In this document: piece by piece, positions 45,266-55,879 of the stretch
Position numbering within the stretch: position 1 is the first letter of the stretch
Layout: each line of letters begins with the position of its first letter
Assembly: GCA_023250515.1 (NCBI GenBank)
Contig: JAHFAO010000001.1
Location: 1-59,120 of the forward strand
DNA length: 59,120 bases
Direction of reading: 5' to 3'
Source: Deltaproteobacteria bacterium
Lineage (GTDB): Bacteria > Desulfobacterota > Binatia > UBA9968
Notes under the pieces: model-generated
What the model was told of the DNA's origin: nothing
Databases searched by the model: none
The model's input: only the letters and a program-made list of their open reading frames with translations
Made by a program: the position numbers and the translations under genes

Positions 45266-45291
45266 AGACACTGCCTCCCGGGCTGGAGCTG

Positions 45292-46203
45292 TCACCATTG
45301 CCGAATGTCTCTCCAGCATCGTGCATAGAGCGTCTTCGCCAACCCCAGTTCTTGGTTCCTCATTCCAGAAGCTGCCCAAGCTCCAGCCCATCTCAGTCCA
45401 ATTGAAAGCAGCAACAACAGGCGATAGAATCGAGCATATCGGTAAGGGTAGTGCTTTTGGTAGAAGCGGTGCCGCCCCAGAAAAAAATAATAGGCTGACC
45501 GTGGATTTGACTTTTTACTCTGTCCTCCTAAATGCACAACACTGGCACTGGGAAAGTAAACCGCCTGCCAGCCGGTTTTCTTGAGCCGATAGCCTAAATC
45601 AATGTCCTCATCACCCAGGAAAAACTGCTCATCCAATCCACCAGCCTCTTGGAGTGCCTTACGCCGCAGGAGCAAGCAGCTTCCAGCTGACCAATCCACC
45701 AAAACAGGTTCTTGAAAATCATCAGGATAGATGCAATTTTGTCGCCACCGCGCCGGGAGAAAAGTCAGAGGGCGAAGAAAGTGATCGGAAAAATCTAGCC
45801 ACAGGCAAGGAAAACGCCCTGCCGTCGGTTGATGCGATCCGTCCTGGTTAGTCACGCGACATCCTACTGCGCCAACACTTGGGTTCTTGCGGGCATAGCT
45901 GACCATCCCATGTACCGCATTATCTCGAAGAGACGCATCGCTGTTTAGCAGAACGAGGAACTCTCCGTTGCTTAGAGCAAGCCCCTGATTCACAGCTGCA
46001 GCGAACCCTGAGTTTTCCGAATTGCGACAAACCCGAACTGAGGAAAATTGTTGCTCGATCCCCTCAGGGGAGCCATCCGAGGAGGCATTGTCGATAACAA
46101 TGATCTCATAGGATAAGCAAGCCGTGTGTCGCTGAACCGAAGCCAAACAGGATAGAGTCAGCTCACGTGTGTTGTAACTCACAATGATGATGCTGACATC
46201 CAT
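45292..46203 (-). CDS. glycosyltransferase family 2
   Basis: VSIIIVSYNTRELT...VIDNASSDGS...LNSDA... GT-A pattern. Confidence 0.85.
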   Translation of the reverse strand: MDVSIIIVSYNTRELTLSCLASVQRHTACLSYEIIVIDNASSDGSPEGIEQQFSSVRVCRNSENSGFAAAVNQGLALSNGEFLVLLNSDASLRDNAVHGMVSYARKNPSVGAVGCRVTNQDGSHQPTAGRFPCLWLDFSDHFLRPLTFLPARWRQNCIYPDDFQEPVLVDWSAGSCLLLRRKALQEAGGLDEQFFLGDEDIDLGYRLKKTGWQAVYFPSASVVHLGGQSKKSNPRSAYYFFLGRHRFYQKHYPYRYARFYRLLLLLSIGLRWAGAWAASGMRNQELGLAKTLYARCWRDIRQW

Positions 46204-46215
46204 ATTGTCCCATGA

Positions 46216-47289
46216 TCATTGGAAAAAACGTCCCCGAAGGTATCGCTCTCCCGTTTGCTTCAAACGAGAAACTACCCGGTTGAAGCCTGCCTTGGTCCCA
46301 TAATTAACCAGAAATTTCTGAGAGTGAGGGCACGTATGACATAGGGATAGGGCGGCGTACTCAGCGCTCTTCATAGATTCGCGGTAGCGATGTAATTCAG
46401 GTCCATGCCACATTTCCCAGATGGATTGCTCCTTGGCATTACCAATGACAATCTGCCGCTCACTGTCCATGCAGCACACGCTAGTGACACCGTCAGAGAA
46501 AATATCGACTTCATACGTCAAACGATAACAGGGCAGGTTGATATAAAGACCGGGCTTGTGAATTTTTTCAAACTGACGGTTGGTAATCTGGCCCGCAAAG
46601 TCGTGGAACGGAGTGACCAAGAGGTTGATTCGGGGCGCGTCTTTGATCTGTTTCTCCCAAAAGGCTTTAAATTGTGGTAGATACCTGCGAGTGTAATCCG
46701 ATTCGATGATCTGGACATAGGCCGTTGGGCCGCAATCCGGTTCCTTTCTCCGCCGCTCGATGAATTGTTTAACGTTCTCAACTACCTCATGAAACTTACC
46801 CCCCGCGCGTAAGAGGTCGTAAGTTTCCTCATCAACGCCATCCACTGAAATGATCAGCGAGGGCAGACGGCTCTGGAAAAGTTTATCAATGACTGGCGCT
46901 CGCATCATGGTTCCATTGGTATCGAGTCGGATCTGAGCCTTCTTGATTTTTTCGACAGTGTACTCCATCATTTCGAACCAATTTGGGTGTAGAAAGATTT
47001 CCCCGTACTCATTGAGGGCTACCTGTTCAACCATCCAGCGATCATCGTACTCAGCGATTTCATCGATCAGTCGCTGAAACATACTCAAAGGCATATGCCC
47101 AAACTTCCGAGGAGAGAACGTCCGAGGGCACATGGGACACTTCAGGTTGCAAATACTCGTGACCTCAAGCCCAATGATGCCGGGGAACTCATCCTGGGCA
47201 AGCTGGAACTTCCAGAAGATCCGCGACAAAGGTGGACTCACATAACGATCCAACAAGCGCTGCAGTTTAAATTCTCTCCAGAGATTCAT
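46216..47289 (-). CDS. radical SAM protein with SPASM/twitch-like C-terminal domain
   Basis: CX3CX2C motif CNLKCPMC. C-terminal Cys cluster ...SVCCMD...IGNAKEQSIWEMW...CHTCPHS. Start trimmed to the ATG at 47287-47289; the longer track ORF overlaps the upstream gene. Confidence 0.8.
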   Translation of the reverse strand: MNLWREFKLQRLLDRYVSPPLSRIFWKFQLAQDEFPGIIGLEVTSICNLKCPMCPRTFSPRKFGHMPLSMFQRLIDEIAEYDDRWMVEQVALNEYGEIFLHPNWFEMMEYTVEKIKKAQIRLDTNGTMMRAPVIDKLFQSRLPSLIISVDGVDEETYDLLRAGGKFHEVVENVKQFIERRRKEPDCGPTAYVQIIESDYTRRYLPQFKAFWEKQIKDAPRINLLVTPFHDFAGQITNRQFEKIHKPGLYINLPCYRLTYEVDIFSDGVTSVCCMDSERQIVIGNAKEQSIWEMWHGPELHRYRESMKSAEYAALSLCHTCPHSQKFLVNYGTKAGFNRVVSRLKQTGERYLRGRFFQ

Positions 47290-47338
47290 CGGCCATCTTC
47301 TTATTGAAGGAAGCTCTAAGAGTAGAGCGTCAGTAAAG

Positions 47339-49090
47339 TTAAGATCCGTTGGCACATACCAAAAACGGCCCGATGACCAAAGCATCCAGATTTCCCTTTT
47401 GGAACGCCTGAACCGCATCGCGCGGTGTGCAAACCATCGGCTCCTCGTGCATGTTAAAGCTCGTGTTGATGAGTGAAGGGATCCCGGTTTTCCTATAGTA
47501 ATGATTAAGGATGTTGTAATAGAATGGTTCGGCCTCCTTGCTAATGAGCTGCGGCCGCGCTGTGCCATCAAGATGAACGACTCCTGGGGATATCTGTTTC
47601 ATCCAGCCTGTACAATCATAGGTAATGGTCATGAACTGAGCGGCATAGCAGCATGAGCGTGCGTCTTTGTAGCACCGCCTCACATGCTCCTCGAGGGTCA
47701 CCGGCGCGAAAGGCATGAACTCAGACCGCGCCAATCGTTCGTTGAGCCAGTCGTTCACCTTGGGGTCAGTGGTCTGATAGAGGATCGTACGGTGGCCGAG
47801 GGCCCGTGGGCCGAACTCCATTCGGCCCCTGAAGAGAGCGACAACCCTCCCCTGGGCAAGCAGATCGGCTACCTTCTCTGCCAGCTCCGGCTCTGCATAC
47901 CGCGTGCATAATATCCTCTCTTCCTTCAGCGCGGTCTCGATCTCACAATCGCTGTACTCAGGACCCAGGTAGAGATCCTTCAGCCGGAATGGTTCGAGAT
48001 ACCCTCCCTTTCCCGCAGCATAGAGGGCGGCGCCCAACGCGAGCCCCTCGTCACCCATCGCGGGGTAGATATAGATCTCTTCGATCTCCTCCATTGCTGC
48101 AATTTTTTGATTGAGCTTCACGTTGGCGAAGACCCCTCCGGCGAGCGCTATCCGATTAAGACCTGTCCTCCTTGAGGCCTGACGCACAAGCCCCGTCACG
48201 ACCTCCTCCAGCCTTCTTTGGGCTGTCGCCGCAATATCTTCACGGGAAAACCCTTGGAGTTGGCGGGCCATGTGTATTGGATCAACGGCGCTGCGAATCG
48301 TTAGACCATTCAGACTCAGCGCTGTCTCCATGATCCGATAGCACGATGCCTCCGGGTCTCCATAGGCCGCAAGACCAGTAATTTTTCCGCCATGTTTCAT
48401 GTGGTGGAACCCACATATAGCCGTAATCGCCTCCCAAAACCCTCCCGGAGAGTGTGGATAGAAGGTGCGGGAAATGACCTCGAGGTGTCCCTTCCTCCCA
48501 ACAGCCACGATCCCACTCTTCAAAGCACCGACACCGTCACAGGTGATGAGAAGAGCTTCGTCCCAGCCACTCGTATAGTAAGCGCCTGCCGCGTGAGCCA
48601 CATGGTGATCAACCTGAACCAGCGGGACTGAATCAAGGCCACTGTAACGCAGGAACTCCCGCCAGTCAGCCAGGTTGGGACGTCCATCGCGAACACGGAC
48701 CTCTCTCAGTTGCGCCATGTACCCATCAAGATAGCGGTAGGCTCCGATGGCCTCCATGCCTTTCTGAAACTGATCTTGATCGATACGATTTCGAGACTGT
48801 CGAAAACCCAATGACGGATCTCTAAGAGAAGCCAGCAAGAGGTGGGAGCCCTCTCGAGCCTTATCGCCCAAAGACATGAACGGAACAGCCACGCAAGAGA
48901 GATCCTTAGGAGTAAAGCGCACGACCCGTTGAAGTGCCTCAACGGCTCGAAAGGGAAAACCGCCGTCCATTTTCACTCGAGAGAAGCGCTCTTCGGAGTG
49001 GGCTGCCAGGATATTCCCGTCTTCTGTGATCAAGGCCACTCCTGTATCGTGCCCTACCCCCTGAGCCGGATGGTAAATGCCAAGGATCAA
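47339..49090 (-). CDS. carbamoyltransferase (NodU/CmcH family)
   Basis: ILGIY...GHDTGVALI..G.ILAAHSEERFSRVK N-terminus, HHVAHAAGAY, and a C-terminal YrdC-like/Kae1-like arrangement typical of the family. Confidence 0.88.
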   Translation of the reverse strand: MILGIYHPAQGVGHDTGVALITEDGNILAAHSEERFSRVKMDGGFPFRAVEALQRVVRFTPKDLSCVAVPFMSLGDKAREGSHLLLASLRDPSLGFRQSRNRIDQDQFQKGMEAIGAYRYLDGYMAQLREVRVRDGRPNLADWREFLRYSGLDSVPLVQVDHHVAHAAGAYYTSGWDEALLITCDGVGALKSGIVAVGRKGHLEVISRTFYPHSPGGFWEAITAICGFHHMKHGGKITGLAAYGDPEASCYRIMETALSLNGLTIRSAVDPIHMARQLQGFSREDIAATAQRRLEEVVTGLVRQASRRTGLNRIALAGGVFANVKLNQKIAAMEEIEEIYIYPAMGDEGLALGAALYAAGKGGYLEPFRLKDLYLGPEYSDCEIETALKEERILCTRYAEPELAEKVADLLAQGRVVALFRGRMEFGPRALGHRTILYQTTDPKVNDWLNERLARSEFMPFAPVTLEEHVRRCYKDARSCCYAAQFMTITYDCTGWMKQISPGVVHLDGTARPQLISKEAEPFYYNILNHYYRKTGIPSLINTSFNMHEEPMVCTPRDAVQAFQKGNLDALVIGPFLVCANGS

Positions 49091-49104
49091 TTCAACAGCA
49101 TTCC

Positions 49105-50187
49105 TCAGACGGAGAGACTATAGGCCTCCAAACATCGCCTGGCCACACCATCCCAGCTAAACCGTTTCAAGACCATTTCCCTACCCTGCTCCCCCATTTT
49201 CTCGGCAGCCTCGGGGTTTGCGTGGAAGTACTCAATCTTCTCTCGAATAGCCGTTGGATTGTTCGGCGGGACGAGGAAGCCGGTTACGCCATCCTCTACA
49301 ACTTCGGGCAGTGAGGCCACCTCCGTAAGAATCACGGGCGTTCCGCAGGCCATCGACTCCAGAGCCACTAGTCCTAACAGTTCGGGGACAACAGTATAGT
49401 CGCCGTAACAGTTCCCATAGACCGAGGGGAGCACGGTCACTAAAGCCTCCCGGTATTTTTGCACTAACTCGCCGTCATCTAGTTCCGTGTGAAATTTCAC
49501 ATCCTTACCTTTGGCTTTCGCCTCCAGCAGTTCGAAGTACCCTTCGTGATAAATCCGTCCCACCACATTAAGCGACAACTTCCCCTCAATAGCGTCTATC
49601 AAATAATCGATTCCCTTGTGAGGAAGAAGCCGTCCTACAAAAAGAACTGTTTTGGATTTCTTGCCGTTGCCCGGAGAGAACTTCTCGGTATCGACTCCTC
49701 CGTAGATTACCTTCAAACTCTCCGGACGGGACTCCAAAGGTGCGCGTTCCCACAATCTCCTGGAATATTCAGATAACAGCAAGAAGGCATTCGCCTGTCT
49801 GAGGAGAGGCAGGTGATACGACAGCGCATATTCACCTCCTCCGCCGAGATCTGTGACGAACACTTTCTTTCGAAACATCTTGCTGAGAATTATCGCCAGA
49901 TCGGTACCTATAGTAGAAACCTGATGGCAATGGATCACATCAGCCCACCGTACCCACTTTATGAACCTCAGCGAGAAGGGACCTGTATAAAAAGAAAGAT
50001 GATCTCGTTTTATATGCTCGACCTGGAGCGCGTGGTCGCTATGCAACGAGGATTCATCGGCAAAGCTCAAGAAGACAACTTCTTTCTTCTGTGCCATTGC
50101 CTTAGCCAGCTCATAGGCATATCGCTCCGCTCCTCCAATGAAGGACTGATCACTAAAAAAAGTCGGCGATATATGCAGGACCCTCAC
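49105..50187 (-). CDS. glycosyltransferase family 4 (GT-B)
   Basis: MRVLHISPTFF...GGAERYAYEL and LGLVALESMACGTPVILTEVASLPE. Confidence 0.85.
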   Translation of the reverse strand: MRVLHISPTFFSDQSFIGGAERYAYELAKAMAQKKEVVFLSFADESSLHSDHALQVEHIKRDHLSFYTGPFSLRFIKWVRWADVIHCHQVSTIGTDLAIILSKMFRKKVFVTDLGGGGEYALSYHLPLLRQANAFLLLSEYSRRLWERAPLESRPESLKVIYGGVDTEKFSPGNGKKSKTVLFVGRLLPHKGIDYLIDAIEGKLSLNVVGRIYHEGYFELLEAKAKGKDVKFHTELDDGELVQKYREALVTVLPSVYGNCYGDYTVVPELLGLVALESMACGTPVILTEVASLPEVVEDGVTGFLVPPNNPTAIREKIEYFHANPEAAEKMGEQGREMVLKRFSWDGVARRCLEAYSLSV

Positions 50188-50705
50188 TTGATGACTTCTA
50201 GCTCAAAGTTCATAAACCAAGCCGGGAAAATCCACGTCAGGTGCTCTTCATAGAATGCAGGGTATCTCTTGGCAATGCGCCAGATAAGCTTGTTCTTGAA
50301 CTTAGGATAAAAGACCAAATCTGCCCTTACCTTTCTGAAACTGGCTCTCGTGTAGAAGCCCCACTGATTTTCTCCCGTGAAATAATCAAATGAAAAAAAA
50401 CCAAGGTGGTGGCGATGGGTAGGGTCGGTGTAAGAGTTGGCGCAGGAGAAGTGTGGCGTTGCGATGTATACTTTTCCTGAAGCTCGTGCGACACGGTGGA
50501 TCTCCTCCATGGTCTTCACAACGTCATCCAGATGTTCGATGACGTCCATACAATAGATGGCATCAAACGTGTCGTCGTCAAATGGCCAAGGGACCATGTT
50601 GAGGTCGTAGACAACGTCCGGTGATGTGCTGGGATTAACGTCAACCGTAACCGCATCAGCGATAGACCGGTTTTCGCCACTGCCCAAGTTCAGTACCCGC
50701 ATCAC
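50184..50705 (-). CDS. class I SAM-dependent methyltransferase (small, Methyltransf_11-like)
   Basis: VLNLGSG..., FDAIYCMDVIEHL motifs. 173 aa. Confidence 0.75.
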   Translation of the reverse strand: MMRVLNLGSGENRSIADAVTVDVNPSTSPDVVYDLNMVPWPFDDDTFDAIYCMDVIEHLDDVVKTMEEIHRVARASGKVYIATPHFSCANSYTDPTHRHHLGFFSFDYFTGENQWGFYTRASFRKVRADLVFYPKFKNKLIWRIAKRYPAFYEEHLTWIFPAWFMNFELEVIK

Positions 50706-50839
50706 CCCACCGACGTGGAGAAGTCAGGCCATGACCTAAAGATCGGCGTTATTCCAGAACAGCCAGACTTTGAATGGGCAGGAATCGGAAAACTAGATAT
50801 TGGTGGATAGGCACAGCCTTTCCGACGCGATCACATGTG

Positions 50840-52138
50840 CTAGTTCTTCCGCTCAACGACTTCAGCCTCATACATGGGTATGACTTCGCCTACATCATGT
50901 TTGCTCTGGCCCAGGTAGTGCCTTACCGCAATCGTGGTTCCGACAAAGATAATCGAGTAGGTGATCACTGTAGACAACGCCGCTCCAACAAATCCCATGA
51001 TAGGAATCCACAAGACATTCAATCCGATATTGACAACGACGCCCAGGGCAAGGATTAACAGGTTAACATTCTCTTTCGCCATGCTGATCAGGAGGTTTCC
51101 TCCACTAAGGGCTAGGTAAAGGAACACTGTAGACCAGACCAACACCATAAGGCCACGCCCAGCGCCGAAAAATTGTGCGCCAAAGAGAAGCCGGATAATC
51201 ACAGGAGCCAGAAGCGTGATGCCTAGTCCCATTGGCAAGGCTACCAAGCCGAGATAGAAAACGCTTCTTTTATAGAGCACGCGCAACCGCCCCAGATCCT
51301 CACCTGCATACTGGGACATCAGGGGATAGATGGTTCCCATGACCATCAAGGGAAACATCTCCAGGAGGTTGGTCACTTTGTACGCCGCCGAATATAGTCC
51401 CACCTGGTGGAGGTCAGTCATCCGCTCCAGCATGATGAAGTCCACCCGGTTAATCAAAGCCACGAAGAACCCTGCGATCCCTAACGGGATACTGGAAGAC
51501 AAGACCTCCTTCCACAGCTTCGGGTCGAACCGCCAGATTGGCTTGACGAATCTTCTCGCGTATTTGAGTGTAATCAACATGGATACAAACTCGGCAAGGA
51601 GTAAGGCGCAGGCCATCGCTACCAGCCCATATCCCATCCACACCGCGCCCATCAACAGGAGGAACCCCATACACCGGTTGAAGATTCCGATGATGGCTGG
51701 ATACTCTGCTTTAAAGAGTACCTGAAAGATGACAGCAGGGAGTTGGAGAGCAATTATCGGCAGGATCAACGCAAAAACGTAGAGACCATTCCTGAGATCT
51801 TCGGAGAACTTCATCAGCCAGATAACAACCCAGGTGGCAAGGACAACAATGAGGGACATGAGAACTTTGAAGGAGAGCATCGCCCCAATGATCTCTTCGG
51901 CCCGTTCCCGCTGCTTGGAGATTTCGCGGACCACGATGGTGTTTACACCGAAGTCGTTGATGCTAAGGAAGAAATAAGAGAAGGCGAATATGTAGTTGAA
52001 TTGGCCAAATCTCTCAACGCCCAGATACCTGGAGAGAACAACCGATGTCGCAAGGCCAATGAGCAGAGACACCGCTTGAGCAGCCATCTGGACGAGGGTG
52101 TTCTTAATGAGCAAGCGTCGGAGGCTGGGTCCAGCCAT
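50840..52138 (-). CDS. oligosaccharide/polysaccharide flippase (Wzx, MOP superfamily)
   Basis: 432 aa with about 12 TM helices. N-terminus LIKNTLVQMAAQAVSLLIGL..SRYLGVERFGQF is typical of polysaccharide biosynthesis flippases. Confidence 0.85.
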   Translation of the reverse strand: MAGPSLRRLLIKNTLVQMAAQAVSLLIGLATSVVLSRYLGVERFGQFNYIFAFSYFFLSINDFGVNTIVVREISKQRERAEEIIGAMLSFKVLMSLIVVLATWVVIWLMKFSEDLRNGLYVFALILPIIALQLPAVIFQVLFKAEYPAIIGIFNRCMGFLLLMGAVWMGYGLVAMACALLLAEFVSMLITLKYARRFVKPIWRFDPKLWKEVLSSSIPLGIAGFFVALINRVDFIMLERMTDLHQVGLYSAAYKVTNLLEMFPLMVMGTIYPLMSQYAGEDLGRLRVLYKRSVFYLGLVALPMGLGITLLAPVIIRLLFGAQFFGAGRGLMVLVWSTVFLYLALSGGNLLISMAKENVNLLILALGVVVNIGLNVLWIPIMGFVGAALSTVITYSIIFVGTTIAVRHYLGQSKHDVGEVIPMYEAEVVERKN

Positions 52139-53321
52139 CCATGACCTCCCGGTAGATCTCCAACAATCTCGTAATGTGCTTTTCCTTGTTGAATTCCTGT
52201 TCCACTCTCTTTCGTCCCCTCATCCCCATCTCGTTGGCCACGTCTGGGTGCTCCAGCAGATAGCTGATCTTTTCCGCCATTTCGCTTACATCATCGGGCT
52301 CCACAAGCAGTCCTGTTACTCCGTCCTCCAACCACTCGGGGATGCCCCCGATATTGAAGGCCACTACTGGTTTGCCGTAACTCATTGCCTCGAGGCCGAC
52401 TATTCCGAAGGGCTCCGGCCAGACCGAGGGTACGACTACGATTGATGCCTCCCGATAGAGCTGCACGCCCCGCTCCCCTTCCACCCAACCGACGAATTCC
52501 GTTCTCCCATTCAGCCCAAGACATCGAGCAAGTTCTTTCGCTCTATCCAGATCTGGCCCGTCTCCAGCAACAACAAGGCGCAACGGAACTCGTGCCAATG
52601 TGACAGCTGACATCAGCCGATCTAACCCTTTCTCTCTCACTACCCGTCCGACGAACAAGATCGTATTTTCACCGCCGTCCGTTGCAGGATAGGGCACCGG
52701 TAATCTGGTGAAATATGGGACCACTTCAATCTGGCTCGGCGGGTAGCCGGTAGCCACTGCCTGATGCTTTACGTACTTCGACGCCACAATCAACGTAGGG
52801 TAATGACCGTTATTTTGGTTTGCCTCGACGCAGCGTCGGTAGTGCCACCAGATAACCGTTGGACGCTTGCTCAGGATGCACCTCTTGTACGCCATGCGGG
52901 CTACACAGAGGGGGCCAGTGGGATGATGACAGACTTTCCCCAAGGCGTGGTGGAACTTATTTCCGCTAGGGCAAAAATCATAAACATGAAGGGACTTGAT
53001 CGCAGGGAAACGTTGACGAATCTCATGTTCAAGTAGAAAGTTATTATTCCCCTGAATGTGGACGATGTCAGGATTAACAGCTTCAAGAACTGCAATGACT
53101 TCGGATGGGATCTTTCGGTAGTTGCTATCAGTTTTGAACTGATCGAATCCCTTTACATAGAACTGGCCGGAAACAGCCGACGGCAAGACGGAGACGTTCG
53201 CATCGGCATGAATCACGGTCATCTCGTGGCCAGCAGCTTCCAGGGCAGGACGAAGGTGCAGAAGGTAGGTCCCTACTCCTCCGTTAGCCGACCACTCTTT
53301 AGAGAGTTGAACAATCCTCAA
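52104..53321 (-). CDS. glycosyltransferase family 4 (GT-B)
   Basis: MRIVQLSKEWSANGGVGTYL and EPFGIVGLEAMSYGKPVVAFNIGGIPE. Confidence 0.85.
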   Translation of the reverse strand: MRIVQLSKEWSANGGVGTYLLHLRPALEAAGHEMTVIHADANVSVLPSAVSGQFYVKGFDQFKTDSNYRKIPSEVIAVLEAVNPDIVHIQGNNNFLLEHEIRQRFPAIKSLHVYDFCPSGNKFHHALGKVCHHPTGPLCVARMAYKRCILSKRPTVIWWHYRRCVEANQNNGHYPTLIVASKYVKHQAVATGYPPSQIEVVPYFTRLPVPYPATDGGENTILFVGRVVREKGLDRLMSAVTLARVPLRLVVAGDGPDLDRAKELARCLGLNGRTEFVGWVEGERGVQLYREASIVVVPSVWPEPFGIVGLEAMSYGKPVVAFNIGGIPEWLEDGVTGLLVEPDDVSEMAEKISYLLEHPDVANEMGMRGRKRVEQEFNKEKHITRLLEIYREVMDGWTQPPTLAH

Positions 53322-54466
53322 TTTCTGCAGTGGAGTGATGTTTTCGTCATCAGGGCCTCTTCAAAAAGGGAAACTACCCTTTCGTCTACCCGCTTCATCT
53401 CATACTCGGCAGCCGTGACCTGAGCTTGGAAGCCCAGTCGCTCCCGCAGAGTTACATCATTCAGGAGTCGCCGCACTGAGTCGGCCAGAGCCGTTGCATC
53501 GCCTTTCGGTACTAGGAGGGCATTTACACCGGATTCCAAGAAATCAGGCGCAGCGCCTACTGGAGTCGCGACCACCGGAAGAGCCATTGCCATGGCTTCA
53601 AGCAAGGCAGTACTGAACCCTTCGGATAGGCTAGGAAAGAGGAACATATCTGCATCCCGGTAAACCGCCAACAGTTCCTTATGCTCCAGCCGCGGTGAAA
53701 CCACTACCCGACTCCGTAGGTTCTCAGGAAAGCGGGCCAACACTTTCTCCTCTTCCAGTAGTGTCCCCATGCACCAAAGTTCCAGTTCCGGCGCCTGCCG
53801 GGCCAGCATACTGAACACCTCTACAAGATAACGGATCCCTTTCATCTCCTGCCATTGCCCGACGAAAAGAAGGCGCCGCGCCTCAGGTGCGTACTCTCGT
53901 GGAATGAAAAACTCTTGAGGGACACCATTAGAAATCACTGCCACCCTGGACTTATCCGCCCATTTGTTCCTCACCAGATAATCTGCCTCTTCACAATTAA
54001 GACACATAATCCGATCTGAGCGGCGACAGCTCAATCGGACCAGCCAGGGTATGAGCACGCCATGGATCAGCCGAAACTTGAGCCGCAGAGGTTGGCCAAC
54101 CTTCTCCATCTCTCTCTTGAGAGCGTCGTAGTAGAGTGGCTCGAGACCGTGAAAGGACGTTAGAGTTCGGAGCCGCTGATAACTCGGAATCAACCAGCGA
54201 AACAGGTTGACGACCCAACCAGCGAAACTGTGAAACACGGCAAGGTCATATTCTTCGCCCCACCGAAGTAGCCACCACGCCACCCAGAATGGATAAAAGA
54301 TAGGGACCCACCGGCTATGCCAACGGGTAAGATCAGGGAAATCTTGGGGGGTGAGGATGGTAGCTTTATGACCTTGCTTTTCCAAGAAGGCGCCAAGATG
54401 GCAGCAATTTTTATAGACTGCGGTATGTATGTCTCTTGGTGTGTGGATGACGAAGAGGACGTTCAT
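53318..54466 (-). CDS. glycosyltransferase family 4 (GT-B)
   Basis: C-terminal SEGFSTALLEAMAMALPVVATPVGAAPD motif. 4-bp overlap with the next gene. Confidence 0.8.
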   Translation of the reverse strand: MNVLFVIHTPRDIHTAVYKNCCHLGAFLEKQGHKATILTPQDFPDLTRWHSRWVPIFYPFWVAWWLLRWGEEYDLAVFHSFAGWVVNLFRWLIPSYQRLRTLTSFHGLEPLYYDALKREMEKVGQPLRLKFRLIHGVLIPWLVRLSCRRSDRIMCLNCEEADYLVRNKWADKSRVAVISNGVPQEFFIPREYAPEARRLLFVGQWQEMKGIRYLVEVFSMLARQAPELELWCMGTLLEEEKVLARFPENLRSRVVVSPRLEHKELLAVYRDADMFLFPSLSEGFSTALLEAMAMALPVVATPVGAAPDFLESGVNALLVPKGDATALADSVRRLLNDVTLRERLGFQAQVTAAEYEMKRVDERVVSLFEEALMTKTSLHCRN

Positions 54467-54536
54467 CAGCAGCGTTCGGCGATGACTCCATAGTGCAAAG
54501 CAAATGGCTTCGACAAGGGTCGAATGACACCGAGGC

Positions 54537-55580
54537 TCAAGGGCCTTGATTTGTCCTGTTCATCTTGGCGCAGTGGTCAGCTCTGGCAATTATGTCCATA
54601 ATGTTACCCAATCCAAGTAAACCCTGAGCGTGGGCCAAGGCCGTTGCTACAGGCCGGCCGAACGTATCGAACAACCGCGTAGTTAATTTCTTTGGGCTTA
54701 CAACCGCTTTTGCAACTTTCTCATTGGAGGAGTCAATGCACGAAGGCTTATCCAAGGCGTCCGACCACGGCAATCTACCAGTTAGCAATCGCATAATGAA
54801 ATTTCTGGCACTAGCGAGCGTTGTGCCGGGGCTGTGCCAAGGGTCGTACATCGTGATGCTCAATGGTCGAAACCCTTCGTTCTCGAGCAATCTTTCTAGA
54901 TTTGTCGGGCTGTAAAAATAAACATGCTCGGGAAAGCACAAAAGAGCCCAGCAATCTTTTGTCAGGTAGCGTTCCAAACAGCGGAAGTTAGGCAACTGTA
55001 AATGCAGAAACCCGCCAGGTTTCAGTGCACACCTAACAGCCCTGATCCAGTCCAGGGGTCCATAGAGGTGCTCGAAGACGGCGTATGAGCCTATAACGTC
55101 AATCGATTCTGGCTCGATTGGCAATGTCGTGAAATCACCAACGGCGACTTCAATACCGTGTCTGGTCTTGATCAGTTCAAAAGTCTTTTGACCAAATTCG
55201 GAACCCTGCACCTGCCAGCCATGATTTCGCAAATAAGCGAGAAAATTCCCGTCACCGCAACCAATTTCGAAGAGTCTTCTTTGTTCTACTGGCACAAACG
55301 CTTCCAACCGGTTTCGCCGAAACGCAAAGGTAGGATTCGCCAGTTGTGCTTCTAATTCCTGTTCTGATAGCACGGTTCGCTGGGAGGTATAGTAATCGCC
55401 GTAAACTAAATTCAGCTTATCAGCGGCAACCCGATCGCACAGCCGAGTCACCTGACATTCAACACAAGTGACGTATCGTTTCTGGTGAATACTGAACAGC
55501 TCTTCGTAACGGGTCGATCCACAAAGCCCGCATGCTTCCGCGACTTCCCAGACCCGTTGCCTCACTACGAATTGATCCAT
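54537..55580 (-). CDS. class I SAM-dependent methyltransferase with N-terminal Cys4 zinc ribbon
   Basis: CGLCGS...CVEC, then [12 protein letters not shown] and [12 protein letters not shown]. Same architecture as 44246-45265. Confidence 0.8.
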   Translation of the reverse strand: MDQFVVRQRVWEVAEACGLCGSTRYEELFSIHQKRYVTCVECQVTRLCDRVAADKLNLVYGDYYTSQRTVLSEQELEAQLANPTFAFRRNRLEAFVPVEQRRLFEIGCGDGNFLAYLRNHGWQVQGSEFGQKTFELIKTRHGIEVAVGDFTTLPIEPESIDVIGSYAVFEHLYGPLDWIRAVRCALKPGGFLHLQLPNFRCLERYLTKDCWALLCFPEHVYFYSPTNLERLLENEGFRPLSITMYDPWHSPGTTLASARNFIMRLLTGRLPWSDALDKPSCIDSSNEKVAKAVVSPKKLTTRLFDTFGRPVATALAHAQGLLGLGNIMDIIARADHCAKMNRTNQGP

Positions 55581-55765
55581 CTATCCTTCTTTTTCAACCA
55601 GTTTGAGGTCGTGCTCCCCGTCCCAATCATTTCTTCGAATGAGACACGGGGTTTCCACCCGAGCTTGGTTCGAGCTTTCGAGGCGTCCCCCACCAGGTAG
55701 TCCACTTCGGTAGAACAGAAGAGGGCAGGGTCGATGTCGCAACCGTATCGCACTGTGTTCAGCAA
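55581..55765 (-). pseudogene. decayed C-terminal remnant of a second GDP-mannose 4,6-dehydratase gene
   Basis: The frame encoding ...[37 protein letters not shown] matches the Gmd C-terminus; compare the intact copy [32 protein letters not shown]. There is no N-terminal Rossmann part, and the reading frame breaks after EEMI. Confidence 0.6.
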
Positions 55766-55879
55766 AGTGAAGCATCCCCTGTTTGGTCATAGGCACCATG
55801 TGAGAGATTTGGGGGAAGATCAAGGTATCACTTTGCTAGAGATTAAATCGGGGTTTTCGCCTCGGACACCCTTTCCTCA

